A stretch of 25,631 nt of DNA from a virus (lineage: Duplodnaviria; Caudoviricetes), in IMG/VR virus record IMGVR_UViG_3300030708_002674, positions 1 through 25,631 of that record. One strand, 5' to 3'. A program made the translations under genes and the position numbers. Each line of letters opens with the position of its first letter. The stretch's first letter is position 1. Shown here one piece after another: positions 9,001 to 19,000 of this stretch. The notes beneath the pieces were generated by a model. The model did not search any database. It was not told the origin of the DNA and saw only the letters and a program-made list of their open reading frames with translations.

Positions 9001-11399
9001 AAGATTATTCTTCAAACCAAGTTTATGATGACGTATCCTCTTCATTTGATGGAAAGGAGAGAACTCATACTCTAACGGTTAGTGGGGTTAATACCTCTGG
9101 TATTGGAACAACTGGTGGAAATGGTATTGTATTCATTAATGGAATATTCCAAACACCAACAACAGAAAATAATCCATCAAATAACTTTAGCATTATTGAA
9201 ACACTTGCTCCTTCTCCAGGAGTAAGTAGTATTAGATTCTCTGGAATAAGAACAGATGGTAGTAGTAATGTTGTTATTTCCGAATCCGATGTCAATCAGA
9301 ATGAAATTCCAAGAGGTGGCGTAATTGTTTCTCTTGGATTTACTGGAGGACTTGGGTATGCACCTCTTGCTGGTGCTGCTGTCACTGCTACTATTAATGG
9401 CAGTGGAACTATAACAGGTCTTACTACAGGAATAACAGGCGGAACCTTTGGATCTGGTTATAACCACTTGACTCCTATAAATGTAACCATATCAGATCCT
9501 AGTGGTTCCAATGCAGCAATTACAGGAACTGCAGGTATAGGAGGTACAGTAATATTCAATATTACTAATGGTGGAACTGGATACACAAATCCACGGATAC
9601 TTGTATCAGAACCATCTTATGCTGGACTTGGAGTAACTGGTATTTCTAGACTTGGTGTTGGACCAACTGTAGATACTGGAGATGGATTATTACTGGATAT
9701 TGTTGTTGGTGCCAGCAATACTGTTGGAGTAGGATCAACTTACTTTAGTGTAAATTCTTTCAATATTGCCAGAAATGGATATGCATTTAGAAAAGGTGAT
9801 AAGTTTACACCAGTCGGACTTGTAACTGACATTAACGTTTCCAGTCCAGTATCAGAGTTGCAGTTTGAAGTGTTGGAAGTATTCCATGATAATTTTGGGG
9901 CATGGCAATTTGGAGAACTTGACTTTATTGACTCAATCAAAAATTATCAGGATGGATTTAGAATTAGATTCCCACTCTTCTATAATGGATCTCTGTTGAG
10001 TTTTGAAAAACCAGAAGACTCTAGAATAGAACTTCAAAATGCACTTCTTGTCATTATAAATGGTGTTATTCAAGAACCAGGAGATTCTTATACATTCGAT
10101 GGAGGAACCTCATTTGCGTTCTCCGTTCCTCCAAAACCAACTGACGTTATTGATATATTCTTCTACAGAGGAACAAGAGGATTAGATGATGTATTTGTGG
10201 ATAATATTCTTCCTACAATTGAGGCAGGAGATACTGTCCAGTTATTCAGAGATGATCTTGTCAGTACAACAAAAACTCAGGATCCAAGAACGGTCTTTGA
10301 TATTACATCATCAGATAAATTTGAAACTAATCTCTACTTGGGTGATGGAATTGATGAAATTAACGACAAACCACTCTACTGGACAAAACAAAAACGTGAT
10401 CTTGAAATTAATGGTACAATTGTTCCTAAAACAAGAAAATCAACAATTGCTCAGATATATCCAACAGCAAAAGTTATTTTTGATATCGATTCCTCAGATA
10501 ATAGAATTTTCGTAGATGATGTAAGTAACTTCACTTACAATATGGGAACTCCACCTCCAAATTACAATGCACTTACAGCATTACTTGTTGATCAAGAAAC
10601 AGAACCATCACCTGCAAATATAACTGCAACTATTGATGGTAATGGATCTGTCAACGCACTTACAATTGCAAATGGAGGAAGTGGATATACTGGATCTACA
10701 GTGCAAATTAAGTTCCAGAATCCATTTAGAGTTGGTGTTGGTATTGGTACAACTGCTACTGCGACAGCAACGGTAGGAGCTGGTGGAGTGCTTACCGGAA
10801 CAACAATAACAAATCCTGGACTTGGTTATAGTTCTGCTCCAAATACTATTGTTCCTTTACCAGATCCAAATACAGAATCTCTTGGTGTTATTGCAGATGT
10901 CAAAGGATTCTCCGGAATCGTAACTGGTATTGAAGCAGTTAGTGGATGGGGTGGTCATTCAAAAGCACTCAAGTTCTTCCTCGATAGGGGAGCAAGTTTT
11001 GGGGGTGATCTTCAGGTTGGATATCCAATAATGATCAGAAATACTCACATTGGTACTGGAGTTACATCTGTTATTGAATCTAATTCTGCTGTTGTTGGTA
11101 TTGGAACAACATTCTTGGATAATGTTTATTATGTTGGTGAGATAAGTGTTAGTGGTAATGTTGGTATTGTGACTTGTAATATTCATTCTTCAACAAATAC
11201 ATCAGGTATTTCTTCAGAAGGAGATTTTGTTGGTGAGTTCTCTTGGGGATTATTTACCAGCATAACCAGATCAAATAATCCAATTTCTATTGGAGTTACT
11301 GGAAAAACTGTTGATGTTGGTTTATCAACCTTCCCAACAATCCAAAGAAGAGGTGAAGGACTTAGAAAAACTGGAGCACTTCCAGAAACAGTTAACTAA
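3..11399 (+). CDS. gp7: Giant baseplate wedge initiator (T4 gp7-like), 5'-truncated, at least 3798 aa in window
   Basis: The frame is open from base 3 (GETPSVINLEDY...), so the TTG at 27 is unlikely to be the true start. It lies directly upstream of gp8 and carries the gp7-like segment DNDYYQNLSYSIKS..W...VNSLVHSVG (~6622-6722). Very large repeat-rich gp7 proteins are typical of T4-like cyanophages. Stop TAA at 11397-11399. Confidence 0.82.
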   Translation, partial: GETPSVINLEDYVTKPSDANFIRREVCVAEAISGDPTKLVGQTLVKTTDAFVNASVSAVEPFTRDQKQFFKISLFVGFDENSSVQGNFQITPSSKVLEKVSVGSSVISVDSTIGFPESGTMFSGDNTITYTNKSVNQFLECSGVTSDINATDNIHSDDTYFAYEEGDTTKKVVLRLTGVLSNFVQKSKNIFVDEGQEITVKNIGTLIKNPEQNKTYKEIFANSWIYNTSSSAKIKNIDGANVELFSQIDRSQLKKGDLVEFIDLTGTIVYPTATSSEPYVSSEIATGSKTVELANFDNSVFVSSPDTYSIRRKINKASSTSVNFKYGNDKIISDIQNLYVDDDFAYVASNSLPSSGVRGSSLITDYAYRISKELNLTSISSTSGSLQDVNIATGLYTSILFDTNVPFVSGDRVKYNPTGQRLRGLVDDFYYVKVSSSNPKKIKLFTALSFLTDDTNAVEFESATTTLETHTFVLYDQRSQTIDPQKVFKKFNLNQNITNGTGEKTTPGTTGMLINGVEISNYKTFDKVYYGPIEGVKVLSGGSNFDVINPPVIEVSAGSGTTALVQPVVKGEIKEVIVDKQDFDINEILSITSSGLNGFGGSFEPITILRKRDLFFDARATTDGGGISTTTSQLTFIKNHNLQSGDEVVYKNLSNESVSIGLGLSSLIDNATYIAKVDNDTTIKLFNTLQDYTLGINTISFGTTALNGTQKFQTGEAKKTLSEVRVLDGGSFTNRKLLVKPEGISTSDFSINFANHGFSNGEVVEYSAVVGLGSTQPQTISGLSESTQYFVLTNSTDSFRLCDAGVGATITTNFDQENFVKFTSTGTGFQQFKYPDLELTLNYNTVGLGTTTQVNNVILTPVVKGSIEEIYLYEPGTKYGSEILNLEKKPTLTTKTGKEGQVKPIITSGIIDSVNLQFGGREYFSVPELEVFDPTGSGSGAKLRAEIANGKITAVNVINPGIGYSNTTVVNVIPNGSGEIFDTSIRSLTVNSVEKLSFEQQTEQLKDVDGSLSYSVNGYFNTLRNSFNDTSSELSGIIGWAYDGNPIYGSYAPVDPTDINSGIKTMTSGYLKDASNIEDRPPLSSFPLGFFVEDYKYDSVNGDLDKNNGRFAKTIDFPNGVYAYYATVNPTTGDPIFPYFIGDEYRSNTLEENRSLDQTFDFNNSSLLRNTFGYRIAEPTADNDFIIESNEIKRQKIVVDSISEGSVSSINILNSGEDYKVGETLKFDNTGTSGGGLTASISSLKGKTVDSVETTKSTGSATLVWRNDGKVEVVVGLANYLNFIKLEDNDYVLIDDIKRQYSSTDTSDIRNVSDESSKLRGYHKIDLLNIPNVGLTTEIKANSGITTEIYVTDIPPDVENYLVPTNPSGSGGSTIGIGTETLEILNVYRDKNVIRVHRGLSGTAHTVGMAVTFNLTRFTIDADVDYFESRVHERVNFNPTESIGIGTTPGVGIEVTYSFGDEIITGSVPTQRISLPNHPFKTNQKLEFNRGTNSAISISTTPTGTPFNLPSVVYAVNKSPNTIGIKTTLNSDEVYFRVNGDDIDDYYFQKNYDNVIATVSKINSIVSISSAHGLSEGDLVTLNVKPNLSVGIGTSTAIRVNRNSDTENIQVNPIGFSSSSVNTDRSRITITDHGFDTGDKVYYDADTVMTGVQTGPYYVHKQSNSVIQLCETLVNANSNPPVIVSFGSTGGASQTISKINPRIKSIKNNNLVFDLSDSSLTGYEFKVFYDREFKNEFVSIGNSSTFNTSSSGTVGSANATFTLSHGSNFPDRLYYSLEKTGFISTSDKEVKNYSEILFVDSVYNKEYKISEVGVTSFTVSLEEDPERLSYTSSDCDSLEYTTKSTSASGAVDKIHLVSVGTGYKKLPLFSGVNNSNGKNLLVTLETNTIGKVLETKIINEGFEYSSDKTLQPEAFISPKITLKDSNTVGIITVTNGGVGYVEAPRLVVVNNDTRTELDSGLLRPILSGSSITDVSIDVPPKGISDQSAEIFAVNNTNGVSVTQVLSNNTGIFTCVLTTPSAGFTTDVFAVNDEVFVEGITKYSSGGTGFNASDYGFKFFTVSKYENKLTPGLNADQVTFNLAGLTTQTGIAQTITDSYATVVNKTKYPSFTIELALSNFEVGEKLLSDDIERDLEVIGFDNTGLIKVFGSYQLSVGETIKGKTSGNIATIETLTNYDGIYEIKFSNRKEEGWEKQTGKLNEDYQVLPDNDYYQNLSYSIKSRQQWKDIRTPVNSLVHSVGIKNFADTEVISDSDERVGISTSEEITTIIRDYIDEKRVDTINNFDYAKDIDILTDRSKFIRLSQKRLTNYTEALSNKVLRVDDIQDQFSSSDNEPLEYKDILQVDNSSLYNNYIFKVSDVSGKNHVQLTNMVFLNDSVNNNKLVLEKQSLVNVGLGFTTENDEQYGDFSLETDDFGDTFLRFTPEDPYDTEYDIKFIEKKFNNSTIGIGTSSIGFIDLTSRAQTVLINTTESVIGVSTDKFTALYVNALVTKEVTGETNFVELYLTHDGDDTNLAEYYFDTTAISGSSNFIGSFGASINSGIVSLTYLNDSAEDVILRTRTVGFGTTAVGVGTFRYRVPTQPIGAERSATYETGFTTTTAGVSTAFLTLDKNNFDASRSLVEVSIGDTTKSVHQLMMVHDGTNVFTQQSSFISIGSTLGIGTFGGEFSGDNVLVKFYPDANHNGDTEIKAFSECFYTSADFINEPPSLLFGNSIEDLNTSQYLAINGDRINKTDFILRSNTTPIFAKTINPEDTTTLNQSTGVFTVKDHFFSNAEELIYTPGSTFVGVGSTPMMYKQGSIEAELPTQVFAIVVTEDTFQIATTKAHATAGTAVTITSPGEGNAHEFAMAKRNEKAIITLDNIAQYPLLFTNVAKTLNGSISTTATTFRLNDISSVNPLELLKVDDEYMRIVNVGFGVAASGPITNTGTIPLVNVERGSVGSAATNHANSAAARIYKGSYNIVGDSIHFITPPRGNSNITRTENNLKFETSDFTGRVFLRKDYSSNQVYDDVSSSFDGKERTHTLTVSGVNTSGIGTTGGNGIVFINGIFQTPTTENNPSNNFSIIETLAPSPGVSSIRFSGIRTDGSSNVVISESDVNQNEIPRGGVIVSLGFTGGLGYAPLAGAAVTATINGSGTITGLTTGITGGTFGSGYNHLTPINVTISDPSGSNAAITGTAGIGGTVIFNITNGGTGYTNPRILVSEPSYAGLGVTGISRLGVGPTVDTGDGLLLDIVVGASNTVGVGSTYFSVNSFNIARNGYAFRKGDKFTPVGLVTDINVSSPVSELQFEVLEVFHDNFGAWQFGELDFIDSIKNYQDGFRIRFPLFYNGSLLSFEKPEDSRIELQNALLVIINGVIQEPGDSYTFDGGTSFAFSVPPKPTDVIDIFFYRGTRGLDDVFVDNILPTIEAGDTVQLFRDDLVSTTKTQDPRTVFDITSSDKFETNLYLGDGIDEINDKPLYWTKQKRDLEINGTIVPKTRKSTIAQIYPTAKVIFDIDSSDNRIFVDDVSNFTYNMGTPPPNYNALTALLVDQETEPSPANITATIDGNGSVNALTIANGGSGYTGSTVQIKFQNPFRVGVGIGTTATATATVGAGGVLTGTTITNPGLGYSSAPNTIVPLPDPNTESLGVIADVKGFSGIVTGIEAVSGWGGHSKALKFFLDRGASFGGDLQVGYPIMIRNTHIGTGVTSVIESNSAVVGIGTTFLDNVYYVGEISVSGNVGIVTCNIHSSTNTSGISSEGDFVGEFSWGLFTSITRSNNPISIGVTGKTVDVGLSTFPTIQRRGEGLRKTGALPETVN

Positions 11400-11403
11400 A
11401 CAA

Positions 11404-11411
11404 TATAAATA
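11404..11411 (+). promoter_or_regulatory. T4-type late promoter (gp55 sigma) TATAAATA
   Basis: Exact TATAAATA in the 29-bp gp7-gp8 intergenic gap, 17 nt before the gp8 ATG. Confidence 0.88.
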
Positions 11412-11428
11412 TCTAAAAACTGTGTAAT

Positions 11429-13012
11429 ATGGCTGCTATAGTAACAGACCAATTTAGAATTGCGAATGCTAATAATTTTGTAGATTCTGTATTGGATGCA
11501 AATAACTCATATTATGTTTTTCTTGGTCTTTCCAATCCAGGAGAGACTGGAAGTGCTGTTGGGTTTGGACGAACCACGACTTGGGGGGACACTCCGTCAA
11601 CGCCCCCAAGTCCGGTCGATAATCAACAGTATTTAAGTCATTATAGAAATACAGCATTATTTGGAAAAAAATTAAACAGTTCCAATGTGAGAAGGGTTGT
11701 AAGAAAAGTTAGTTGGACAGTAAATACTCGATACGATATGTATCGACATGATTACAGTGGATCAAATAAGTCACCAAATGCACAGTCCGCAAGACTCTAC
11801 GATAGTAATTATTTTGTTGTAAATAAAGACTTTAGAGTTTATATTTGTCTTCAAAACGGTTCTCATGGTCCCATTGAAAGTTTAGGATCAAATCTCACTG
11901 GAAATAATTCTCAAGATGAACCAACTTTTACTGATTTAGAACCTTCAGCTGCTGGAACAAGTAATGATGGGTACATTTGGAAATACTTATTTACTATTTC
12001 TCCAAGTGATATTATTAAATTCGATTCTACTGAATATATCGTTCTTCCAAACGATTGGTCAACTTCCACGGATTTCCAAATACAAAGTGTAAGAGATGCT
12101 GGAGATTCTACTGTAAATAACAACCAAATTAAAACCGTCTATATTGCTGATGGTGGAAAGGGTGTTTATACTGCAGGAACTTATGATATTAAAGGTGATG
12201 GAACCGGAGCAAAAGTAAATATTGAAGTTGATACAAGTGGATCTATTACAAAAGCAACTGTTGTTGCTGGTGGATCCGGATATACATTTGGAATTGTAGA
12301 TTTCCAACATGCTTCCAATACTACAATTCCTGCAGGAGATCAAGCAAAACTCATTCCAATAATTCCTCCATCTAGAGGACATGGATATGATGTTTATAGT
12401 GAATTGGGTTCTGATAGAGTTCTTGTATATTCAAGATTTGATGACTCAACAAAAGATTTTCCAACTGATACTAAATTTGCTCAAATTGGAATTATAAAGA
12501 ATCCAGAAAAGTACAATTCAAAAACAATCTACACTGCTAATGAATATTCTTCTTTGGGAGCAATTAAATTAGTTCAATCCTTTACAGGAACACCAGTTGT
12601 AGGAGCAGCAATATCTCAAACCACTGCAGATGGTGAAGCAAGAGGGTATATTGCATCATATGATGCAGAAACAAAGGTCTTAAAGTATTATCAAGATAGA
12701 TCAAGAGCATTTGCAAATACTGTTGATCAAACCGATTCTGTAAATACAAGTTCAACTGCGAATATAGTTAGTTTTGCTTCAACAACTTCAAATATTGAGG
12801 GTAATATCTCTGCTGGAGTTGATATAGCATTTACTGGAATTACAACATCAATTGGAGACAAACAGGTCAGTTTAGGTGTTACTTTTACTGGAGGGGTTGC
12901 CGATCCAGAGATAAATAAAAACACGGGAGATATTATTTACATTGATAATCGTTCTCTTGTCACAAGAGACTCTAGACAAAAAGAAGACGTTAAAATTATT
13001 CTGGAATTCTAA
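11429..13012 (+). CDS. gp8: Baseplate wedge subunit (T4 gp8-like), 527 aa
   Basis: N-terminus MAAIVTDQFRI..ANNF, motifs RYDMYRHDY, FRVYICLQNG, DGYIWKYLFTI and C-terminal GDIIYIDNR...RQKEDVKIILEF are characteristic of cyanophage gp8. Position after gp7 agrees. Confidence 0.9.
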   Translation: MAAIVTDQFRIANANNFVDSVLDANNSYYVFLGLSNPGETGSAVGFGRTTTWGDTPSTPPSPVDNQQYLSHYRNTALFGKKLNSSNVRRVVRKVSWTVNTRYDMYRHDYSGSNKSPNAQSARLYDSNYFVVNKDFRVYICLQNGSHGPIESLGSNLTGNNSQDEPTFTDLEPSAAGTSNDGYIWKYLFTISPSDIIKFDSTEYIVLPNDWSTSTDFQIQSVRDAGDSTVNNNQIKTVYIADGGKGVYTAGTYDIKGDGTGAKVNIEVDTSGSITKATVVAGGSGYTFGIVDFQHASNTTIPAGDQAKLIPIIPPSRGHGYDVYSELGSDRVLVYSRFDDSTKDFPTDTKFAQIGIIKNPEKYNSKTIYTANEYSSLGAIKLVQSFTGTPVVGAAISQTTADGEARGYIASYDAETKVLKYYQDRSRAFANTVDQTDSVNTSSTANIVSFASTTSNIEGNISAGVDIAFTGITTSIGDKQVSLGVTFTGGVADPEINKNTGDIIYIDNRSLVTRDSRQKEDVKIILEF

Positions 13013-13018
13013 AGAAAA

Positions 13019-16000
13019 ATGTCGCAAAAAACAAATTTAAACATCAGCCCATATTATGATGATTTTGATTCATCAAAGAACTTTTTAAAAGTTTTATTTA
13101 AACCAGGATATCCTATTCAGTCTAGGGAATTAACTACTCTACAATCGATTCTTCAGAATCAAGTGCAAGAGTTTGGAACGCACATGTTCAAAGAGGGATC
13201 TGTAGTAATCCCAGGAAATCTTGTATATGATGGTCAATTTTATGCAGTAAAATTGAATGCGGTTCAATCAGGTGTTGATGTTTCTTTATATGTTGATGAG
13301 TTAGTTGGAAAAACTGTAACTGGAGATATTTCTGGAATTACAGCAAAGGTACAGAAAGTTGTTCTTCCTACCGAAAGTGATGATGTAGAATATATCACGT
13401 TATATGTTAAATATTTGGGATCAGATGAAAATTTTGAGTTTACACAATTTGTAGACGGAGAAACACTTTCAAGCACGGAAAATATAGTATATGGTAATAC
13501 TACTATAGTTGCAGGTTCTCCCTTTGCTTCTACAATTTCTTCAGAATCAACTGCCATAGGTTCTGCAGCTTCTATTGGAGAAGGAGTTTATTTTATCAGA
13601 GGTTACTTCGTAAAAGTTGCCCAAGAAACAATTCTTTTGGATTATTATACAAATACTCCATCATATAGAGTCGGACTTCAGATTTCAGAAACTATTGTTA
13701 ATGCAAAAGAAGATGAGTCATTATATGATAATGCAAAGGGTTTCTCTAATTTTGCATCACCTGGAGCAGACAGATTAAGAATAACTTTATCGTTGTCGAA
13801 GAGGGATTTAACTGATACAAATGATACCAATTTTGTAGAATTATTAAGAGTTAGACAAGGTAAAGTAAAAAAAGTATCGACCAAGACAAGTTACAATTTA
13901 ATTCGTGACTATCTTGCTGAAAGAACTTTTGATGAATCTGGCAATTACACAGTAAGACCATTTGATGTTAATTTAGAAAATTCTCTCAATGACAGATTGG
14001 GTAATAATGGAACTTTCCTTGATAGTGAGAAAACTGATGAGGGAAATGTCCCATCAGATGATTTGGCATCAATAAAAATATCTGAGGGTAAAGCATATAT
14101 TAGTGGTTATGATATTTCAAAGGGTGTAGAGAGTATTCTTGATGTTGAAAAACCTAGAGACACTGATACTATAAAGAATGTATCGGTTCCTTTCAACATG
14201 GGTAATATTCTGAGAGTCAATACAGTAACTAATGTTCCTGCACTCAGAAAAACTGTTGATTTATATGGACAACTCAATCAAGGTGGAGTTGTAATTGGAC
14301 AAGCAAGAGTATATTCTTTTAATCTCACCGATGCTGCATATGCAGATAATACAACTAGTTTTGATCTAAGACTTTATGATATTCAAACATACACCGATAT
14401 TTCTGTAAACAAAGATCTTACAGTCACAGAATCTGATTTTGTAAAAGGAAAAAGCAGTGGTGCAACTGGATTTGTAACTGCAAGCAATGTTGGCGCACGA
14501 TTTTTTGTCAGACAAACTTCTGGCAATTTTGCGAAAGGTGAGCAGTTAATCGTTAATGGAGTAGATTCTGGTAAAACTGTAGTATCTACATTAGCATTTA
14601 ACACTCAAAATATCAAATCAGTAAAACAAACCAATCCACATTCGACTGGAACAGATTTTACTGCCAATTCAATTTTAGAGTCATTCTCAATTCCTCTTAG
14701 CAACAGAGACGTTAAACTTCAAGTTGCTTCCGCAGGTGTTTCTACAATGACAATGACACCTGTTCCATTTACAGGAATTTCAACTAGCACTATTGTTAGA
14801 TATCAGAAAGAAGGTCAATTAGTAGAAACTTTCAATAAAGTTAAAGTAGTTGGAGCAGGTGGAACTTCGTTGGAATTGGAGGCAATTGCTTCTGTTGCTG
14901 GTGTTTTTGATGGAACTCTTGTTACTGGATCCGATGTTGTAACCAGAGCAAGATTGGGTGCACCTATCATTAGAGGAAACGGTTCATTATTTGCCGAACT
15001 ACCAGAGAATAATACATCTTCAATAGACTTATCATCCTCTCAGTTGTATTTTATCGATCAAATAACAGGAAAGACTATATCTGGAAATACTCTTACAGTA
15101 AATACTTCTGATCTTACTGGAACACCAACCAATTCATCTTGGGTCAATTTTGACCAAGAAAGATTTACCTTGACCAATAGTAGTGGTGTGATTGCACCTC
15201 TATCGTCAGATGCTTTTAGTCAGACTTCAAGTGTAGTAACTATAAAAGGATTAACAAACTCATCCAATAACGTTGTTAATGTAACTGCTCTTAAGAGTGG
15301 AATTCAGAGCAAAACCAAAAATTATGATAGAAGTAGAGTTATTTTTGTAAGTGGTTCCAAACTGTCAGAATCTGGATCAGGTATAGCAACTACAAAAAAT
15401 GATGGACTGTCTTATGTCAAATATTATGGATTGAGAGTTCAAGATGAAGAAATATCTTTGAATTATCCAGATGTTGCTAAAGTAGTTGCAATATATGAAT
15501 CTTTAGATACTGGAAATCCAACTCTCGATGTCTTCAGATTCCCAGTTGTAGCAAATGTTGGAACAAATGCAATAATCGGTGAAAATATCATTGGATCTAC
15601 CAGTGGTGCCGTAGCAAGAATTGTTTCTAACAATACTACTACACCTGCAACAAGTAATGCGAATGATTTGGGAGTTGTTTATTTAAACGACAAAACTTTC
15701 TCTACAGGAGAAACAATAAAATTTGAAGAATCTAATATTACAACTACATTAGATTCAATCGATCCTGGAAGTTATTCAAATATAACAACTTTATATAAAC
15801 TCAATAGAGGACAAAAAAGAGAATATTATGATTATTCTAGAATTGTAAGAAATAAAAATGCAGAACAACCATCAAGACGTTTGATGATTGTTTTTGATCA
15901 TTATACTGTCCCATCGAATGATGATGGAGATGTATTTACCGTCAATAGTTATGATGTAGAAAGATTTGCAAGTGATATTCCAAATATTGGTGGAGTAGTA

Positions 16001-19000
16001 AGAGCTTCCGATACTCTTGATTTTAGACCTAGAGTAGCAACTTTTAATGCGTCAGGTGCATCAGCATCTCCATTTGATTTCGTTTCTAGAACCAGTACAT
16101 TTAATACTATTCCTGTAAGACTCTTAGCACCTGATGAGCAATCTGTTGTTGATCAAACATTCTATCTGCCAAGGATCGATAAAGTCTTCTTAGACAAGAA
16201 TGGTAAATTTATTGTTAAAAAAGGAGAATCTGCTAAAGATCCAAAACCACCACAAGATTTGGGCAACAACTTCTTAGAGTTAGGAGTTATTGAATATCCA
16301 GCATATCTCTACGATCCATCAGATGCTCTTATTACTCTAACTGATAGTAGAAGATATACAATGAGAGATATTGGAGATCTTGAAAATCGTGTTGAGAGTC
16401 TTGAAAAAGTAACTACATTGTCTTTACTTGAGGTAAGTGCACAAACACTACAAGTTAGAGACGCCGATGGAAATGATAGATTTAAGAGTGGATTCTTTGT
16501 AAAGGATTTTTCGAATGCAACAGATGCTGGAGAATTCCTTTCTACCACTTTGGTGGATGAGCAATCAGGAACATTAAATCCAAATATTGCGTCTAATTCT
16601 TCAGATTCCTTACTTGGAACAAAAGAGAATACATCTATTCAAGATTTGGAATTGCAACTGGATAAGTATTCAACTCCTACCCTCGAATTATTTGACGAAA
16701 ATATACAAAAAACAGGTGAAGCACTCACCCTCAAATATGATGAAGTTGATTGGTTGGAGCAATCATTTGCCACCAAGGTTGAAAATGTCAATCCATTCCA
16801 AATTGTTGTATATGATGGTGTAGTTGAATTGTTCCCAGAAGTTGACTCATGGACTAGAACAGTTCAACTTGCAGATAGAAATGTAAATCTTGGAGTAACT
16901 AGAACAAATAATGTAAATCTAGTTAATAATCTCAATCAAAACTTAACTTCTTCGGTAAGAGTTGCAGGAAGAACTGTGAGGAGAGGTCGTGGTAGATTGA
17001 TTAGAAGAACATCTAGAGATGTAACGACTACAACAGGTAATACTAGTAGCAGTAGTTCTTCTACTGCTACAGGATCATTTGATACAGTTGATACAACTAT
17101 CAGAAATGAAGTTGTCGGTACACCCGATGAACTGTTCATGAGGTCTAGAAACTATCAGTTTAAGGCATCCAATCTTAAACCAAATACAAGATACTATCAG
17201 TTTATTAACTTCAGAAGTAATGTCGATGTAGTTCCAAAACTCTTGGAAATTTCACCAAATTCTGATCTCAGTGGAACCGGTTCATCAGGTGCATTCTTGC
17301 CAGGAGAGACAGTTGTTGGATCTTCGTCGGATGGTACACAAATAATCAGAGTTAGAGTTTCCACACCTAATGAAAAGATTGGTATGTTTGCTGCTGGAAG
17401 TGGTAGTTTCCTCAATCCAAGAAATGTATTTGATATCAATCCATACTCTCCTACACAATCTTTAGGTAGTTCTTATAGCTCATCTTCATCAGTTTTAAAT
17501 ATTGACACTGCTTCACTTGCACGTTCAGCAACAAATGAATTTAGTGGATATGTAGAAAAAGGAACTTTATTGGTTGGACAAACCAGTGGTGCTGTTGCTT
17601 ATGTGAAGGATATCAGATTAATCACTGATAATTATGGTGATGTACAAGGTACTTTCTTTATAAGAGATCCTCATGCAAATCCAAGACCTGAAGTAAGAAT
17701 AACAACTGGAACTAAAACTTATCGCCTTTCTTCCAGTCCAACTAATGATAAAGGACTTCCAGGAAGTAATGCAATTTCATTTGCAGAAGCAAACTTCACT
17801 GCAACTGCTTCATTATTGCAGTTTAGAGCAACTGTAACGTCTCAGACGACAAGAACAAATATTAGTAGTACAGTCAATCTGAACACCAACCTTACTACTC
17901 AAAGAGTTCAGAGAGTTACAACAGAAACTTATGCAGATCCATTGGCACAAACATTTACTGTTGGTGGAAATATTCAGGTCAAATCTGATATTGATACAGA
18001 TGATGATGTAAATGGAGTATTCTTAACTTCTGTTGACTTGTTCTTTGCAACTGTCGATAGTGGTAATGCCCCACTGAGAGTTGAAGTAAGAACAACTGAA
18101 TTGGGAACTCCAACATTAACAACTATCGGAAAACCAGTAATCCTCACACCGTTTGAAACTATAAATGTTGATGGTGTGCCAACAAGAACACAGGTTATTC
18201 AAACTTCATCGACTGGAGAAGTTGCCACCAATGTAAGATTCCCAGAACCAATTTTCCTGGCACCTGGTGCAGAATATGCAATTGTTTTGGTCTCAGATCA
18301 GAGCGATGAATATGAAGTATGGACTGCCGTTATGGGCGAAAAGACGGTAAATACACAGAATTTGCCTAATGTCGATCAAGTAATTTATAGCAAGCAATTT
18401 GCTCTTGGTTCTCTCTTCAAATCTCAAAATGGTTCTATTTGGACTACAGATCAGAATCAGGATATGAAGTTTAAACTTTATAAGGCAGAATTTGCTGCTA
18501 CTAGTGGAACAGCATATTTCTACAATTCACCAGTAAATACAACTTCCAATCAAGATAGACCTTTATCTGTAAATCCAATTAGAGTTCTTCCAAAAACTGG
18601 AAGAATTGGAATTGTCACAACAACTAATGCACAATTTGATCAGGTTATTTTCGTTGGTAGAAAACTTGCGGGTGTTAATGGCAGAAATGGTTCTGCTATC
18701 GTCTCTGCTATTGGTGGCCCGGTAACTGGTGTAACATTAACGGAAGCAGGAGCAAACTATCCCGCAAGTGTCACAAATGAAGTTGTTAGCACTTATAATA
18801 TTACTGGCAAAGGTAAGAACTTAAAAGTTAAGATTACTACAGATGCTAATGGCGTAATCACTGGGGTTACACATGATTCAACAAATCCAAATGATGGAAG
18901 TGGATATCAAGAAGGGGATGTTGTTGGTATTCAAACTTCAACAACTTCATCAGTAACTGGTAGAGATGCGGTAATAACCATCAATGCAGTTACAGGTAAA

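Noticed and set aside
11371-11385. Small hairpin CTGGAG-CAC-TTCCAG near the end of gp7 as a terminator
   Set aside because: It lies inside the coding sequence, has a short stem and no U-tract.
12910-12917. GATAAATA inside the 3' end of gp8 (and ACTAAATA at ~24968 in gp14) as internal late promoters
   Set aside because: These are imperfect matches inside coding sequence encoding conserved residues (EINK). Such near-matches are expected by chance in AT-rich DNA. They are possible but unsupported.
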